Assembly (NCBI GenBank): GCA_021299355.1
Contig: JAJTGG010000001.1
Location: 12,219-76,218, forward strand
Reading direction: 5' to 3'
Source of the DNA: Lysobacteraceae bacterium
GTDB taxonomy: Bacteria; Pseudomonadota; Gammaproteobacteria; Xanthomonadales; Xanthomonadaceae
DNA length: 64,000 nucleotides
Shown here: positions 9,825 to 18,976 of the stretch, in pieces
How the letters are laid out: the number at the start of each line of letters is the position of its first letter
Numbering within the stretch: position 1 is the stretch's first letter
The notes under the pieces: generated by a model
What the model was told of the DNA's origin: nothing
Database searches by the model: none
Seen by the model: only the letters and a program-made list of their open reading frames with translations
Made by a program: the position numbers and the translations under genes

Positions 9825-11098
9825 GCGTTGTCCGGTTTGAAGTTTTTGCGCAGGCCTTGCCAGCAGGATTGGTAGTCGCGCTGGCGGCTGGCACATTGTA
9901 GCGCCTGCTGCGTGGGCGCGAACATATGGCGGGATTCGAACATAAAGGCCATGGTGCCGGTAATGACATCCGGCTTGCTCAGATCGGCCGCGGAAGCCTT
10001 GTCGAAGGTGGCGGCATCCGGGCCGTGCGCGCTCATCGCGTTGTGCAGCGAGGCGCCGCCCGGGACGAAGCCATCGGCCTTGGCGTCGTACACGCCGTGG
10101 ATCAGACCCATGAATTCGCTGGCAATGTTGCGGTGGAACCATGGCGGACGGAAGGTGTCCTGCGCCACCAGCCAGCGTGGCGGGAAAATGACGAAATCCA
10201 GATTGCTGGTGCCGGCGGTATCGCTCGGCGAATACAGCGCCAGGAAGATGCTCGGATCCGGATGGTCATAGCTGATCGAGCCGATGGTGTTGAAGCGGCG
10301 CAGGTCGTATTTGTAAGGCGCGTAGTTACCGTGCCAGCCGACCACATCCAGCGGCGAATGCCCGATCGGGGCGCGCCAGAGCCGGCCCTGGAATTTGTTG
10401 AGCAGTTCGAAATCACCCTCGCGGTCTTCGTAAGCGGCAACGGGATACAGGAAGTCACGCGGATTGGCCAGACCGTTGGAACCAATCGGACCCAGATCCG
10501 GCAGACGCAGCAGTGCGCCGTAGTTTTCGGCCACGTAACCGGCGGCGCTGCCGTCCGGCAGATCGACCGAGAAGCGGATGCCGCGCGGAATCACCGCGAT
10601 CTCCTGCGGTTCAATTTCCAGCACGCCCATTTCGGTACGCAGACGCAGACGGCCGGCCTGCGGCACGATCAGCATCTCGGCATCGGTGTTGCTGAAGAAG
10701 CGGCCCCGCATGTCGGCATTGGCGGCATAGCGGTGCACGCCGACGCCGGCATTGCCGCACATGGCGAACAGGCCATCGATGAAATCCGTGCCCGGCGTGG
10801 CGGCCGGCAGCGGCGACCAACGCAGTTGGTTTGGATCAGCCGGCAGTTCCGCAAAGCGGTTGTGGAACCCGGTTTCCGGCAGTAGTTCAAACGCACCGTG
10901 TAGCGCGGCCGGACGGATGCGGTAGAACCAGGTGCGGCGGTTGCTGTGCCGCGGCGCGGTGAATGCAGTGCCGCTCAGCTGTTCGGCATACAGGCCGTGC
11001 GTCACGCGTTGCGGCGAATTGCGGCCCTGCGGCAAGGTGCCCGGCAGCGCTTCGGTGGCGAATTCATTGCCGAATCCGGATTGGTAGGCGAGCGTCAT
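9821..11098 (-). CDS. hmgA: Homogentisate 1,2-dioxygenase
   Basis: [47 protein letters not shown]. Confidence 0.97.
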   Translation of the reverse strand: MTLAYQSGFGNEFATEALPGTLPQGRNSPQRVTHGLYAEQLSGTAFTAPRHSNRRTWFYRIRPAALHGAFELLPETGFHNRFAELPADPNQLRWSPLPAATPGTDFIDGLFAMCGNAGVGVHRYAANADMRGRFFSNTDAEMLIVPQAGRLRLRTEMGVLEIEPQEIAVIPRGIRFSVDLPDGSAAGYVAENYGALLRLPDLGPIGSNGLANPRDFLYPVAAYEDREGDFELLNKFQGRLWRAPIGHSPLDVVGWHGNYAPYKYDLRRFNTIGSISYDHPDPSIFLALYSPSDTAGTSNLDFVIFPPRWLVAQDTFRPPWFHRNIASEFMGLIHGVYDAKADGFVPGGASLHNAMSAHGPDAATFDKASAADLSKPDVITGTMAFMFESRHMFAPTQQALQCASRQRDYQSCWQGLRKNFKPDNA

Positions 11099-11107
11099 GG
11101 CGACTCC

Positions 11108-12196
11108 TTACAGCACGCCGCGGCGCATCTGGTCGCGCTCGATGGACTCGAACAGGGCCTGGAAGTTGCCTTCGCCGAAACCCTCGTTGCCCTTGCGCTG
11201 GATGATCTCGAAGAAAATCGGACCGACCGCGTTCTGGGTGAAGATCTGCAGCAGCTTTCGCTGTTTGGTTTCCGGATCGGCATCGATCAGGATCTTGTTG
11301 CGGCGCAGTCGTTCCAGATCTTCACCGTGGTTCGGAATGCGCGTATCGACAGCTTCGAAATAGGTGTCGGGTGTGTCCAGGAATTTCACGCCGGCGGCGA
11401 TCATCTTCTCGACCGTGGCGTAGATATCGTCAGTGAAGCAGGCGATGTGCTGGATGCCCTCGCCGTTGTAGGTTTCCAGATATTCATTGATCTGCGATTT
11501 GGGATCCGAGGACTCGTTCAACGGAATACGCACCATTCCGTCAGGGGCGGTCATCGCCTTCGACAGCAGTCCGGTCTTGGCGCCCTTGATGTCGAAGTAG
11601 CGGATTTCGCGGAAGTTGAACAGCTTCTCGTAGTATTCCGACCACTTGGCCATGTTGCCGACGAACAGGTTATGGGTCAGGTGGTCGATGAAGGTCAGCC
11701 CGAAACCCTTCGGCATCATTTCCGCGCCGGGAATCCATTCGTAATCCGGATCGTGGATGGTGCCTTTCTCGTCATAGCGGTCGACGATATAAAGCATGCA
11801 GCCGCCGATGCCTTCGATGACCGGTGCGGCCACGGCCTTGGTCAATTCCTTGTGGGTGACCGGGGTGGCGCCGTTCTTCAGCGCCTGCACGCGGGCCCAT
11901 TCGGCCAGCTTATTGACGCGGATGGCGAAACCGCAGGCGCTGGGACCATGCTCGGCGGCGAAATCGGCGGCGAACGAGTCCGGGTCTTCATTGATCAGGA
12001 AAGTGCAGTCGCCCTGGCGGTAGGTGGTGATGGCGCGGGTCTTGTGGCGGGCCACCGGCACGAAGCCGAGCATGCGGAAATAGTCGTGCAGCTGCTGGGC
12101 CTGTCCGGCCGGGGCAGCGAACTCAACGAACTCGAAACCGTCGATGCCCATCGGGTTTTCGAAGGTGACGCGGGAATTTTCGACTTGGGCGTTCAT
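11108..12196 (-). CDS. hppD: 4-hydroxyphenylpyruvate dioxygenase
   Basis: IDHLTHN, GEGIQHIA, FFEIIQRKGNEGFGEGNF. Confidence 0.97.
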   Translation of the reverse strand: MNAQVENSRVTFENPMGIDGFEFVEFAAPAGQAQQLHDYFRMLGFVPVARHKTRAITTYRQGDCTFLINEDPDSFAADFAAEHGPSACGFAIRVNKLAEWARVQALKNGATPVTHKELTKAVAAPVIEGIGGCMLYIVDRYDEKGTIHDPDYEWIPGAEMMPKGFGLTFIDHLTHNLFVGNMAKWSEYYEKLFNFREIRYFDIKGAKTGLLSKAMTAPDGMVRIPLNESSDPKSQINEYLETYNGEGIQHIACFTDDIYATVEKMIAAGVKFLDTPDTYFEAVDTRIPNHGEDLERLRRNKILIDADPETKQRKLLQIFTQNAVGPIFFEIIQRKGNEGFGEGNFQALFESIERDQMRRGVL

Positions 12197-12234
12197 GCAG
12201 GGTCCTTTACAGCGGTGACGGATGCGTTAATATA

Positions 12235-12248
12235 GTTTCAATTGAAAC
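12235..12248. promoter_or_regulatory. Palindromic operator, probably bound by the adjacent MarR regulator
   Basis: Perfect 14-bp palindrome GTTTCAATTGAAAC in the divergent hppD/marR spacer. Confidence 0.75.
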
Positions 12249-12263
12249 CAATTGCAAGCCACC

Positions 12264-12734
12264 ATGCCCAGCCCCAAACCCCATGCCGAACTCCGGCTTG
12301 AACGCTTCCTGCCCTACCGCCTGTCGGTGCTGTCGAACCGGGTCAGCCAGGACATCGCCCGGCTGTATTCGGCGCGCTTCAACCTGTCCATCACCGAATG
12401 GCGGGTGATGGCGGTGCTGGGCCACGAACGCGGCCTGAGCGCCAACACCGTGGCCGAGCGCACGGCCATGGATAAAGTGGCGGTGAGCCGGGCGGTTTCG
12501 GCGCTGATGGGCAAGAAGTTCCTGAACCGGCAGACCGACCCCACCGATGCCCGGCGTTCCAGCCTGGCGCTCAGCGCGAAGGGTTATGCGGTGTTCGACC
12601 AGATCGTGCCGCTGGCGCTGGCCTATGAACGGAAGATTCTGGCGCATCTGGCGCCGGAGGCGCAGAACACCCTGTTGGCGATACTCAATACGCTGGAAGC
12701 GGCGGAGTTGGCCGAGAAGCCGGGCGCGGAATAA
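12264..12734 (+). CDS. MarR-family repressor of Tyr catabolism (HpdR-like)
   Basis: LERFLPYRLSVL, EWRV, MDKVAVSRAV, DARR; divergent from hppD. Confidence 0.9.
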   Translation: MPSPKPHAELRLERFLPYRLSVLSNRVSQDIARLYSARFNLSITEWRVMAVLGHERGLSANTVAERTAMDKVAVSRAVSALMGKKFLNRQTDPTDARRSSLALSAKGYAVFDQIVPLALAYERKILAHLAPEAQNTLLAILNTLEAAELAEKPGAE

Positions 12735-12740
12735 TTCGGG

Positions 12741-12769
12741 TTGACGGGGGATTTTGGGCGCCGTTTAAT
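12741..12769 (+). promoter_or_regulatory. Sigma70-like promoter facing the cassette array (Pc-like)
   Basis: TTGACG (12741-46)-N17-TTTAAT (12764-69). Confidence 0.7.
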
Positions 12770-12791
12770 GTCTTATCACGGCGATGTTGCC

Positions 12792-12809
12792 GTCTAATAG
12801 TAGTTAGGC
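12792..12809 (+). other. attI-like (or attG) simple site at the head of the cassette array
   Basis: GTCTAAT-AGTA-GTTAGGC: an inverted box pair ending in the GTTRRRY core; no long attC arms. Confidence 0.6.
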
Positions 12810-12820
12810 GTTGGAGACCC

Positions 12821-13180
12821 ATGGAGCCTATCCTGATTCTTGCAAACATTGGTGCGGTTGTGACGACTCTTCTCGGCTTGCTCGGCCTCTTTCTTCCCGA
12901 CAAGGCCGCCGCCTTCGTGAGCATCTCTCCAGTCGGCTTGAATGGACGATCAGAGATACGCGCAACCTACGGTGGCTTATTCGTTGCGCTTGGTGTCGCA
13001 TGCATCGTCGCACAGGCAGAGATGGCGTTCATGGTCGCGGGAGCTGCCTGGCTAGGTGCATCCGTTGGGCGTGTCTACTCGGCACTTGTTGACCGCAATA
13101 GTGACATCAAGAACATCGGTGGCATTATGCTTGAAGCTGGCATGGGTACTCTTTTGGTTTTTCCAAAATGGTTCGCCTAA
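12821..13180 (+). CDS. Cassette 1: small membrane protein, DUF4345-like
   Basis: GGAG SD; 119 aa with about 4 TM helices and the motif SEIRATYGG...GR; stop codon lies inside the attC R'' box. Confidence 0.75.
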   Translation: MEPILILANIGAVVTTLLGLLGLFLPDKAAAFVSISPVGLNGRSEIRATYGGLFVALGVACIVAQAEMAFMVAGAAWLGASVGRVYSALVDRNSDIKNIGGIMLEAGMGTLLVFPKWFA

Positions 13181-13265
13181 CTATTCATTCAAGCGGACAG
13201 CCGGCCCGAAAATTTTTTAAACTAAACTTACCCATGGCGGCTGCCTCTTAATTCAATTGTTAGGC
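13175..13265 (+). repeat. attC site 1 (91 bp, intact)
   Basis: R'' GCCTAAC, TT(C)AAGCGG(A)CAGCCG ... CGGCTGCCTCTTAA, R' GTTAGGC; the arms pair with two extrahelical bases and one mismatch. Confidence 0.93.
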
Positions 13266-13287
13266 ACCTTTAACACAGGGATTTGTC

Positions 13288-13617
13288 ATGCAAATATCCA
13301 ACATCCCATTCGGCATCACCGATTGGTCAACGGTCGAACGTACTGAGCACAAAGGTGAAATTGGACTGGCTTATTGGCGCACTCAGAATTTCGGAAATGT
13401 CCGTGTTCGTTTCGTTGAGTACACACCCGGCTATCTCGCAGATCATTGGTGCGTGAAAGGCCACATACTTTTGTGCACCGAAGGCGAACTCCATACAGAG
13501 TTAGAGGACGGTCGCAAATTCGTTCTCACAGCAGGCATGAGTTACCAAGTTGCCGATAATACTGAACCGCACCGGTCCTCTACGGCGGTTGGGGCAAAGC
13601 TTTTCATCGTCGATTAG
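13288..13617 (+). CDS. Cassette 2: DHCW-motif cupin-fold protein
   Basis: 109 aa; GYLADHWCVKGH...GELHTELEDG...PHRS cupin signature. Confidence 0.85.
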   Translation: MQISNIPFGITDWSTVERTEHKGEIGLAYWRTQNFGNVRVRFVEYTPGYLADHWCVKGHILLCTEGELHTELEDGRKFVLTAGMSYQVADNTEPHRSSTAVGAKLFIVD

Positions 13618-13626
13618 GGAAACGGC

Positions 13627-13696
13627 GCCTAACCCATCATTCCAAGGGACGCGCCGCGATGAAGCTGCGTCGCGCTCCTGAATTCAAACATTAGGC
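13627..13696 (+). repeat. attC site 2 (70 bp; core mutated GTT to ATT)
   Basis: GCCTAAC-CCATCA-TTCCAAGGGACGCG...CGCGCTCCTGAA-TTCAAAC-ATTAGGC. Confidence 0.88.
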
Positions 13697-13711
13697 CCAC
13701 AAGGAATGCTC

Positions 13712-14095
13712 ATGCGATACTTGGTAACAGCGATGCTTGTTGTCGTAGCCATCATTCACCTGCTACCGCTTTCGGGGGTGCTTGGCGGCGAACGGCTTGC
13801 TGCGCTCTATGGCTTGCCCTTCAACGACCCCAACCTTGCCATCCTCATGCGCCATCGCGCCGTACTCTTCGGTCTTCTTGGCCTGTTCCTTCTCTTCGCC
13901 GCCTATCGCCCCCAATACCAGGCAATCGCGTTCATCGCCGGCTTTGTTAGCGTTGTGTCTTTTCTGTGGCTGGCGTGGTCTGTGGGCGGCTACAATACCC
14001 AGGTGGCACGCGTTTTCATGGCGGACATCGTTGCACTTGCCTGCCTCATCATTGGTTTCCTGGCATATCTGTACGTACAACAACACAAGAGCTAA
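13712..14095 (+). CDS. Cassette 3: uncharacterised 4-TM membrane protein
   Basis: AAGGA SD before ATG 13712; motifs IHLLP..GVLG...L..LYG and LMRHRAVLFG; highly hydrophobic. Confidence 0.75.
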   Translation: MRYLVTAMLVVVAIIHLLPLSGVLGGERLAALYGLPFNDPNLAILMRHRAVLFGLLGLFLLFAAYRPQYQAIAFIAGFVSVVSFLWLAWSVGGYNTQVARVFMADIVALACLIIGFLAYLYVQQHKS

Positions 14096-14130
14096 TTATT
14101 TGTTGCAGTTCACTGTCATCTGCCTTAGCT
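14090..14130 (+). repeat. Eroded/truncated attC remnant 3
   Basis: AGCTAAT-TATTTG-TTGCAG overlaps the stop codon and resembles an R''-spacer-L'' half with C-to-T changes; no matching right arm. Confidence 0.45.
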
Positions 14131-14196
14131 GAAAGGCTCTTAAAGCATTCAACTAAAATCGATAACAGTCTGATGGGTTTAGCAGTCCATGCAATC

Positions 14197-14270
14197 TGGA
14201 GCGGGTGATGGGAATCGAACCCACGTCTTGAGCTTGGGAAGCTCAGGTCCTGCCATTGAACGACACCCGC
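14197..14270 (-). tRNA. tRNA-Gly(CCC)
   Basis: GCGGGTGTCGTTCAATGGCAGGACCTGAGCTTCCCAAGCTCAAGACGTGGGTTCGATTCCCATCACCCGCTCCA; 74 nt, encoded CCA. Confidence 0.96.
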
Positions 14271-14288
14271 ATGATTTGATTCTAAAAC

Positions 14289-14313
14289 AAAAAAGCGGCC
14301 CGAAGGCCGCTTT
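14289..14313 (-). terminator. Terminator of the POT transporter gene
   Basis: Minus strand AAAGCGGCC-TTCG-GGCCGCTTTTTT. Confidence 0.85.
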
Positions 14314-14336
14314 ACGTTTGACCCTGAAAAAGGCGC

Positions 14337-15851
14337 TTACTTCACGCCATGCATCAGTTTGTTGATCAGCGGTGCCGCCAGGAAGAACAGCACGGCAATC
14401 ACGATGCCCAGGATGAACAACTGGTTGAACGTGCTGGCGTACTGCAGCAGCGAGCTGGCGCTCTCGCCCTCGGCGTTGCCGCCCGAGGCGATCGCGGCGA
14501 TGCGGCCGGCGACGAAGTTGGCCATCGCGATGGACAGGAACCAGCCGCCCATGGCCAGGCCCGTTTCCTTGGGCATCGCCAGCTTGGTCACCATGGCCAG
14601 GCCGATCGGCGACAGGCACAGCTCGCCCATGGTGTGGATCAGGTAGGTCAGGGCCAGCCAGACCCAGCTGATCTTGCCGCCGGCGTCCACGAAGTTCTGG
14701 ATGGCGAACACCAGCACGTAGAAGCCCAGCGCCGCGCCAGCCATGCCGTAGGCGAACTTGCGCGGAATCGACGGATTCCATTCGGCTTTGTCGAGCTTGA
14801 TCCACAGCGTGGCGAACACCGGCGCCAGCAGGATGATGAACACCGGATTGACCGATTGGAACACTTCGAAGGTCGGGGTCCAGCCGAGGATGGACACGTC
14901 CGGCATCTTCACGAAGTCCTGCGCCAGGAAGGTCAGCGAAGAACCGGCCTGCTCGAACAGCGCCCAGAACAGGATGTTGGCCACGAACAGGATCAGCATG
15001 GCGATGTAGCGGTGCAGCTGCACCTTGTCGCCGCTGCGCACGCCGCTGTAGACGAAATAGGCCACCAGCGCCAGCATCATGCCGATTAGCAGCACGCCCA
15101 GGATGTCGCTCTTGCTGAGCAGGTAGTACACCGGGATGACCATCACGGCCGCGGCCAGCAGCACCTGGATGACGGGCGCGAAACCCTTCTTGCCTTCCGG
15201 CGCGGTGCCCACGTGGCCGAGCCACCCTTTCAGCAGTTGGAATACCATCAGGCCGAGAATCATGCCGATGCCGGCCGAGAAGAAGCCCCAGCGGTAGCCG
15301 TAGGTCTGGCCGATCCACGAGGCGCAGATGAACGGCGCGAAGAACGCGCCGGCGTTGATGCCCATGTAGAAAATGGTGAAGCCCGAGTCGCGGCGCACGT
15401 CGCCCGGCGCGTACAGCTTGCCCACCATGGTGGAGATGTTGGGCTTGAACAGTCCGTTGCCCACCACGATCACGGCCAGGCCGATGACGAAGGTGGTGAG
15501 GTCGGGCGCCATCAGCATGAAACTGCCGACCGCCATCAAGGCGCCGCCGAGCATGATCGAGCGTTGATAGCCGAGGATACGATCGGCCACGAAGCCGCCG
15601 GCGATGCCGGTCATGTACACCAGGGAGGTGAAGCCGCCGTAGGTCAGGCTGGCTTCGGCGCGGGCACCGTCGCCCAGATGCGCGAAAAACGCGGCCGCGA
15701 TATGCACCGCCAGCATGGCGCGCATGCCGTAGTACATGAAGCGTTCCCAGAATTCGCTGGCGAACAGATTCCATAAGGCTTTCGGATGGCCGAGGAACTC
15801 GCCGGCCGGTGGCGGCATGAAGCCGTCTCTATTCTCAACTGCTCCGCTCAT
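14337..15851 (-). CDS. POT/PTR proton-dependent oligopeptide transporter
   Basis: EFWERFMYYGMR, GLFKPNIST, FYMGINAG, GELCLSPIG. Confidence 0.95.
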   Translation of the reverse strand: MSGAVENRDGFMPPPAGEFLGHPKALWNLFASEFWERFMYYGMRAMLAVHIAAAFFAHLGDGARAEASLTYGGFTSLVYMTGIAGGFVADRILGYQRSIMLGGALMAVGSFMLMAPDLTTFVIGLAVIVVGNGLFKPNISTMVGKLYAPGDVRRDSGFTIFYMGINAGAFFAPFICASWIGQTYGYRWGFFSAGIGMILGLMVFQLLKGWLGHVGTAPEGKKGFAPVIQVLLAAAVMVIPVYYLLSKSDILGVLLIGMMLALVAYFVYSGVRSGDKVQLHRYIAMLILFVANILFWALFEQAGSSLTFLAQDFVKMPDVSILGWTPTFEVFQSVNPVFIILLAPVFATLWIKLDKAEWNPSIPRKFAYGMAGAALGFYVLVFAIQNFVDAGGKISWVWLALTYLIHTMGELCLSPIGLAMVTKLAMPKETGLAMGGWFLSIAMANFVAGRIAAIASGGNAEGESASSLLQYASTFNQLFILGIVIAVLFFLAAPLINKLMHGVK

Positions 15852-15970
15852 GCGGACTCTCCCTTAGGTTTATTTTGATGGTGGAATGGTGGCTTCATGA
15901 TAATTAAAACGCTGTCGATTGACAGCTTTTTTCCGAAAAAAGACGCAATTTCCTGAAAATTCGGCTGTTT

Positions 15971-16822
15971 TCAGCCGATACGGGTGCGGACTTCGAACAG
16001 TTCCGGGAAGAAACTCAGGTCCAGTGCTTTCTTCAGGAAGGCCACGCCGGAGGAACCGCCGGTGCCCGGCTTGTAACCGATGATGCGTTCGACCGTTTTC
16101 AGGTGGCGGAAGCGCCAGTGCTGGAAATTGACCTCGATGTCGACCAGCTGTTCGCAGAAGTGGTAGGCCTCCCAGTGCGCTTCGTTGTTTTCATAGATGC
16201 GCTCGAAGGCGGCGATGACTTCCTCCCGGCGCTCATAGGGCTGCGACCAATCGCGGTTCAGGCATTCGGCCGGAATGGCATGGCCGCGCCGCGCCAGATG
16301 GCGCAGGAATTCGTCGTACAGACTGGGCGCGTTCAGGGTGTCGGTCAGGTGGCGGTGGATGTCCGGGTCGTAATCGAACACCTTCACGTAATGCGCGTTT
16401 TTATTACCGAGCAGGAACTCGATTTCCCGGTACTGGTGCGACTGGAACCCCGAGGATGAACCGAGCACGCTGCGGAACTGCATGTAATCGCTCGGGGTCA
16501 GGGTTTCCAGCACCGACCACTGCTCGGTCAGCTGTTTCTGGATGTGCTTGATGCGTGCCAGCATCTTCTGACAGGGGCCGAGGTCATCTTCGCGCAGCTG
16601 GACCAAGGCTGCCCGCAGTTCGTGGATGACCAGCTTCATCCACAGCTCGGAGGTCTGGTGCTGGATGATGAACAGGGTTTCGTCGTGCACCGGCGGATCC
16701 GAGAGCGGATGCTGTGCACTCAGGATCCGATCCAGACGCAGATAGCCGCCGTAGCTCATGCGGTCGGTGAAGTCGGTGGTAATGCCGTCTTCGAGCGGGC
16801 GTTGGTTACTGGGTTCGGTCAT
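15971..16822 (-). CDS. kynA: Tryptophan 2,3-dioxygenase
   Basis: [33 protein letters not shown]...VERIIG.K.GTGGSSG. Confidence 0.97.
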   Translation of the reverse strand: MTEPSNQRPLEDGITTDFTDRMSYGGYLRLDRILSAQHPLSDPPVHDETLFIIQHQTSELWMKLVIHELRAALVQLREDDLGPCQKMLARIKHIQKQLTEQWSVLETLTPSDYMQFRSVLGSSSGFQSHQYREIEFLLGNKNAHYVKVFDYDPDIHRHLTDTLNAPSLYDEFLRHLARRGHAIPAECLNRDWSQPYERREEVIAAFERIYENNEAHWEAYHFCEQLVDIEVNFQHWRFRHLKTVERIIGYKPGTGGSSGVAFLKKALDLSFFPELFEVRTRIG

Positions 16823-16920
16823 GGCTGGCTCACGGTTTCTTAACCTCGCCAGTTTAACTTATCGGCTACACTATTACCGTTCCCGGCGGGATGCCCTGCC
16901 ACTGCTTCCAGGAGCCCTTA

Positions 16921-17994
16921 ATGGAATCGGCCGTACATTTCGAAATCGACTATCTGCAGTACATGGATGCCGACGGCGGCATCGTCAATCCCGATCTTCC
17001 TGATTTCGCCCGCGACCGCACGCAGCTGGTCGATCTTTACAAGGAAATGCTGAAGGTCCGCTGCTTCGATGCCAAGGCGGTGGCCCTGCAGCGCACCGGC
17101 AAACTCGGCACCTATGCCAGCTGCCTCGGTCATGAAGCGGCCCACATCGGCATCGGCACTAGTCTGCAGATCGACGATGTGTTCGCACCCAGCTACCGCG
17201 AATACGGCGCCCAGTTCGCCCGCGGCGTGAAACCGCGCGAAGTACTGATGTACTGGGGCGGTGATGAACGCGGCAATGATTTCTCCGGCCCGGCACATGA
17301 TTTCGCCTGGTGCGTGCCAATCGCCACTCAATGTCTGCATGCGGCCGGCTCGGCGCTGGCCTTCAAGCTGCGCGGCGAAGCACGCGTGGCTTTGGCCTGT
17401 GTCGGCGACGGCGGTTCCTCGAAAACCGACACCTACGCCGCCATCAACTCGGCTGGCGCCTACGGCCTGCCCTTCGTGCTGTGCATCATCAACAATCAAT
17501 GGGCCATCTCCGTGCCGCGCACGGCCCAGACCGGCGCCAAAACCCTGGCCCAGAAAGGGCTGGCCGGTGGTCTGGAATGCCTGCAGGTGGACGGCAACGA
17601 CATCATCGCGGTGAAAGCGGCGGTGGCGCATGCGGTCAAACGCGCACGCCACGGCCACGGCGGCACCGTGCTTGAGCTGATCACCTATCGCCTGTCCGAC
17701 CACACCACCGCCGACGACGCCCGCCGCTACCGCGACGACGAACAGGTCAAGGCGGCCTGGCAGCGTGAGCCGGTCAAGCGCCTGAAAACCTATCTGTTGG
17801 CGCAGGGCTGGTGGAGCGAAGACGAGGAAACCGCCTGGATCGCTGAATCCAACGCGTGGGCCGATGCCGAGGTGGACGCCTATCTGGCCACCACCGTTCA
17901 ACCGGTGGAAGCGATGTTCGACTACCTTTACGCCGAACTGCCGCATGATGTCGCCGAACAGCGCGAACAGGCGCTGGGCTGGGAGAAACGCTGA
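16921..17994 (+). CDS. pdhA: 2-oxoacid (pyruvate/branched-chain) dehydrogenase E1 alpha
   Basis: TPP motif GDGG...NNQWAIS; YRLSDHTTADD. Confidence 0.88.
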   Translation: MESAVHFEIDYLQYMDADGGIVNPDLPDFARDRTQLVDLYKEMLKVRCFDAKAVALQRTGKLGTYASCLGHEAAHIGIGTSLQIDDVFAPSYREYGAQFARGVKPREVLMYWGGDERGNDFSGPAHDFAWCVPIATQCLHAAGSALAFKLRGEARVALACVGDGGSSKTDTYAAINSAGAYGLPFVLCIINNQWAISVPRTAQTGAKTLAQKGLAGGLECLQVDGNDIIAVKAAVAHAVKRARHGHGGTVLELITYRLSDHTTADDARRYRDDEQVKAAWQREPVKRLKTYLLAQGWWSEDEETAWIAESNAWADAEVDAYLATTVQPVEAMFDYLYAELPHDVAEQREQALGWEKR

Positions 17995-18974
17995 TGGCCG
18001 CCATTACCCTCATTGAAGCCCTGACCCAGGCCATGGCCTATGAAATGCGCCGCGATCCGAGCGTACTGGTGCTCGGTGAAGACGTCGGCATCAACGGCGG
18101 CGTATTCCGCGCCACCTCCGGCCTGATCCAGGAATTCGGTCCCGAGCGCATCCTCGATACGCCGCTGGACGAAACCACCATCGCGGGCCTGACCGTCGGC
18201 TTGGCCGCACAGGGCATGAAGCCGATTGCCGAGGCGCAGTTCGACGGCTTCATGTATCCGATGGTCGATCACATCATCTGCCACGCCGCGCGCCTGCGTT
18301 ACCGCACCCGCGGCCGGATGAGCTGTCCGATGGTGCTGCGCGTGCCCTGGGGCGGCGGCATCCGTGCGCCCGAACACCACAGCGAAGCCAACGAAGCCAT
18401 CTTCACCAATGTGCCCGGTCTGCGCGTGGTGATGCCGAGCTCGCCGCAACGCGCCTACGGCCTGCTGCTGGCCGCCATCCGCGATCCCGATCCGGTGATT
18501 TTCTTCGAACCCAAACGCATCTACCGACAGTACAAGGAAGAGGTGCCGGACGACGGCGAGGCGTTGCCCTTGGATGTCTGCTTCGTGCTGCGCGATGGCA
18601 GCGACGTGACCCTGGTCACCTGGGGCTCGCAGGTCAAGGAAACGCTGGAAGCCGCCGATGCCCTGGCCAAAGACGGCATCAGCGCGGAAGTGATCGATCT
18701 GGCCACGGTCAAACCGCTCGACTTCGACACCATCCACGAGTCGGTGAAAAAGACCGGGCGCTGCGTGATTGTGCATGAAGCGCCGCGTACCGCCGGTTTC
18801 GGCGCCGAAATCGCTGCGCAGCTGGCTGAGAAGGCGATGTATGATCTGGTCGCGCCGGTGGAACGCGTGACCGGCTACGACACCCACATTCCGCTGTTCC
18901 GTCTGGAAATGAAATACCTGCCGAGCGTCGAGAAAATCGTCGCCGCCGCCAAACGCACCCTTGCCGCGAGCTGA
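17994..18974 (+). CDS. pdhB: 2-oxoacid dehydrogenase E1 beta
   Basis: GEDVG..GGVFR, DTPLDE, EHHSE, DPDPVIFFEPK. Confidence 0.88.
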   Translation: MAAITLIEALTQAMAYEMRRDPSVLVLGEDVGINGGVFRATSGLIQEFGPERILDTPLDETTIAGLTVGLAAQGMKPIAEAQFDGFMYPMVDHIICHAARLRYRTRGRMSCPMVLRVPWGGGIRAPEHHSEANEAIFTNVPGLRVVMPSSPQRAYGLLLAAIRDPDPVIFFEPKRIYRQYKEEVPDDGEALPLDVCFVLRDGSDVTLVTWGSQVKETLEAADALAKDGISAEVIDLATVKPLDFDTIHESVKKTGRCVIVHEAPRTAGFGAEIAAQLAEKAMYDLVAPVERVTGYDTHIPLFRLEMKYLPSVEKIVAAAKRTLAAS

Positions 18975-18976
18975 TT

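Larger units (their letters stand above)
12804..14130 (+). mobile_element. Integron gene-cassette array lacking integrase (CALIN-like), 3 cassettes
   Basis: Three short co-oriented ORFs, visibly more AT-rich than the flanks, each entered via TTAGGC and followed by an attC or attC remnant; no tyrosine recombinase in the window. Confidence 0.88.

Noticed and set aside
13175-13696. CRISPR array or simple terminators
   Set aside because: The repeats are non-identical hairpins separated by whole genes, have RYYYAAC/GTTRRRY ends and lack U-tracts. No cas genes are present.
12735-14270. tRNA-Gly-targeted genomic island or prophage
   Set aside because: I found no duplicated tRNA 3' end on the marR side and no integrase. 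The attC architecture explains the region better.
14337-15851. POT transporter as a horizontally acquired gene next to the tRNA
   Set aside because: It looks somewhat more GC3-rich by eye, but I could not quantify this. Its position beside kynA fits native gene order, and there are no mobility signatures.
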